Shown: positions 62,621-64,000 of the stretch, one piece after another
Layout: each line of letters starts with the position of its first letter
Position numbering within the stretch: the first letter of the stretch is position 1
Assembly: GCA_963827655.1 (NCBI GenBank)
Contig: CAWHCF010000052.1
Location: forward strand, 32,001 to 96,000
Reading direction: 5' to 3'
Origin: an uncultured Acidobacteriota bacterium
GTDB lineage: Bacteria > Acidobacteriota > UBA6911
Length of the DNA stretch: 64,000 nt
The notes under the pieces: model-generated
Databases searched by the model: none
Told to the model about the DNA's origin: nothing
What the model saw: only the letters and a program-made list of their open reading frames with translations
Position numbers and translations under genes: made by a program

Positions 62621-62887
62621 GAACTGGGGATTCCCTCCTCGTACACGTTCCCGTTTCCGTTCCCGTTTTCCGCGGTATTCTATAGCAATGCCATTTGATC
62701 ACGAGCGTCTCGACGTCTACCAGGTGGCCCTGGACTTCCTGCTGCTGGCCGGTGAAGCCAGTGAGCACCTGCCACGAGGGCGCAGCCACCCATCAGACCA
62801 GCTGACGAGGGCATCCAGCTGACGTCGATCGATCGGGAACGTGCACGGGAACGGGAACGAGGACGGTTCTCCAAAACGGTTAAGCAC
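62613..62887 (+). mobile_element. TIR-bounded cassette B with the N-terminal half of a four-helix-bundle protein gene
   Basis: both arms match cassette A in inverted orientation; ends GTGCTTGA / GGTTAAGCAC. Confidence 0.78.
62688..62822 (+). pseudogene. truncated four-helix-bundle protein (23S rRNA IVS / bAvd-like family), N-terminal 44 aa
   Basis: MPFDHERLDVYQVALDF...LPRGR...DQLTRASS*, the characteristic family N-terminus. Confidence 0.8.
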
Positions 62888-62927
62888 CCCTAAGGCCCTT
62901 TGGGGCCTTTAGTAGTGGATTTGTCTT

Positions 62928-64000
62928 ATGACAAGGATCCTGATCCTGGAAGAAATAGCGCCGGCCGGGCTCGACCTGCTCAAAGCTGAGCCAAGCTTTG
63001 ACGTGCAGGAACTCTACGACGAGGACACCGGCAAGATTCAGCAGGCCCTCGCCGAGGCTGAAGTCCTGGTGGTTCGCAGCCGTACCAAGGTCACGGCCCA
63101 GCTGCTCGAAAGCGCCCCGAAGCTCAAGATCGTCGGTCGCCCGGGAACCGGGGTGGATAACGTCGACGTCCCTGCGGCCACTCGCCGCGGCATCGTAGTC
63201 ATGAACACGCCGGCAGGAAACAGCATCAGCGCTGCCGAACACACCATGGGACTCCTGCTCGCGCTGATGAGGCGAATTCCTCAGGCCGATTCCTCGATCA
63301 AGCAAGGAAAATGGGAAAGGCAGCGGTTTATTGGAACCGAACTGGACGAAAAAGTACTGGGCGTCATCGGCTACGGCAAGATCGGCATCGAGGTGGTGAA
63401 GCGCGCCCAAAGCTTCAGGATGAGGGTTGTGGTGTTCGACCCATACGTTTCCGACGCGCTAGCCCGGGACCATAACCTCCGCATGGTCAGTCTGGAGGAG
63501 CTTCTGGCGGAATCGGACATCGTGACACTGCATTGCCCGTTGACCGCAACGACCCGAAAGCTCATCAACACCGGCACGCTTGCCATGATGAAAGATGGCG
63601 CCTGCCTGATCAACGCCGCCCGAGGAGAACTGGTCGACGAAGGCGCGCTGCTGAACGCGTTGAAATCGGGAAAGCTGGCCGGAGCCGCCCTGGATGTCTT
63701 TGCCAACGAACCCAAACCCGACCCGGAGCTGGTCAGACTCCCGAGCGTCATCGCCACGCCCCACATCGGAGCCTCGACCGTCGAGGCCCAGGAGAAGGTA
63801 GGAGTAGATATTTCGATCCAGATCCGGGACTACTTCCGGGATGGGATTGTCCGGAATGCGGTTAATTTTCCCTCGGTTTCGCTGGCAGAATATCGCAGGC
63901 TGGCGCCCTATCTCGAACTCGGGGAGCGGCTGGGAAGTTTCGCCGGCCAGATCTGCAACGGCAGGATGGAGGAAGTGACGGTTCGCTACTACGGCGAGCT
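62928..64000 (+). CDS. serA: D-3-phosphoglycerate dehydrogenase (3' partial)
   Basis: VVRS.TKVT, GTGVDNVD, NTPAGN..SAAEH, GYGKIG, INAARG, ALDVF..EP, TPHIGAST.EAQ. Confidence 0.95.
   Translation, partial: MTRILILEEIAPAGLDLLKAEPSFDVQELYDEDTGKIQQALAEAEVLVVRSRTKVTAQLLESAPKLKIVGRPGTGVDNVDVPAATRRGIVVMNTPAGNSISAAEHTMGLLLALMRRIPQADSSIKQGKWERQRFIGTELDEKVLGVIGYGKIGIEVVKRAQSFRMRVVVFDPYVSDALARDHNLRMVSLEELLAESDIVTLHCPLTATTRKLINTGTLAMMKDGACLINAARGELVDEGALLNALKSGKLAGAALDVFANEPKPDPELVRLPSVIATPHIGASTVEAQEKVGVDISIQIRDYFRDGIVRNAVNFPSVSLAEYRRLAPYLELGERLGSFAGQICNGRMEEVTVRYYGE

Noticed and set aside
61036-62887. Diversity-generating retroelement (Avd-like gene plus repeated segments)
   Set aside because: No reverse transcriptase in the window, the repeats are inverted and non-coding, and differences are not adenine-specific

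Overview
GC-rich bacterial chromosomal segment. The gene set (lipid A/heptose LPS genes, bshC/bshB1, short PheT, PD40 propeller, TonB-ExbB-ExbD2-TPR) looks like Acidobacteriota; this assignment is an inference. Most of the window is housekeeping: trpD, pilD, TolC-like, nnr-tsaE, mltG-ruvX, tRNA-Val, thrS-infC-rpmI-rplT-pheST-zapBA, 6S RNA, ymdB, uvrA, tgt-yajC, rel, rpmB, ktrAB, recA, RNase P RNA, an LPS inner-core/lipid A operon and serA. Several genes, including the essential pheT, have 1-nt frameshifts that look like long-read assembly errors. The unexplained signal is in the intergenic DNA. Many gene junctions carry palindromic elements built from short tandem 6-, 7- or 9-mer units. Two inverted ~280-300 bp cassettes with terminal inverted repeats bracket an aminotransferase gene and carry complementary N- and C-terminal remnants of a four-helix-bundle (bAvd/IVS-like) gene. 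A second MITE-like repeat occurs twice. Other notable items: a motif-degenerate BshC, an S41 protease lacking its catalytic dyad, a matrixin coupled to a possible TIMP/NTR-like partner, an AUC-start infC, and an apparently inverted ssrS-ymdB block.
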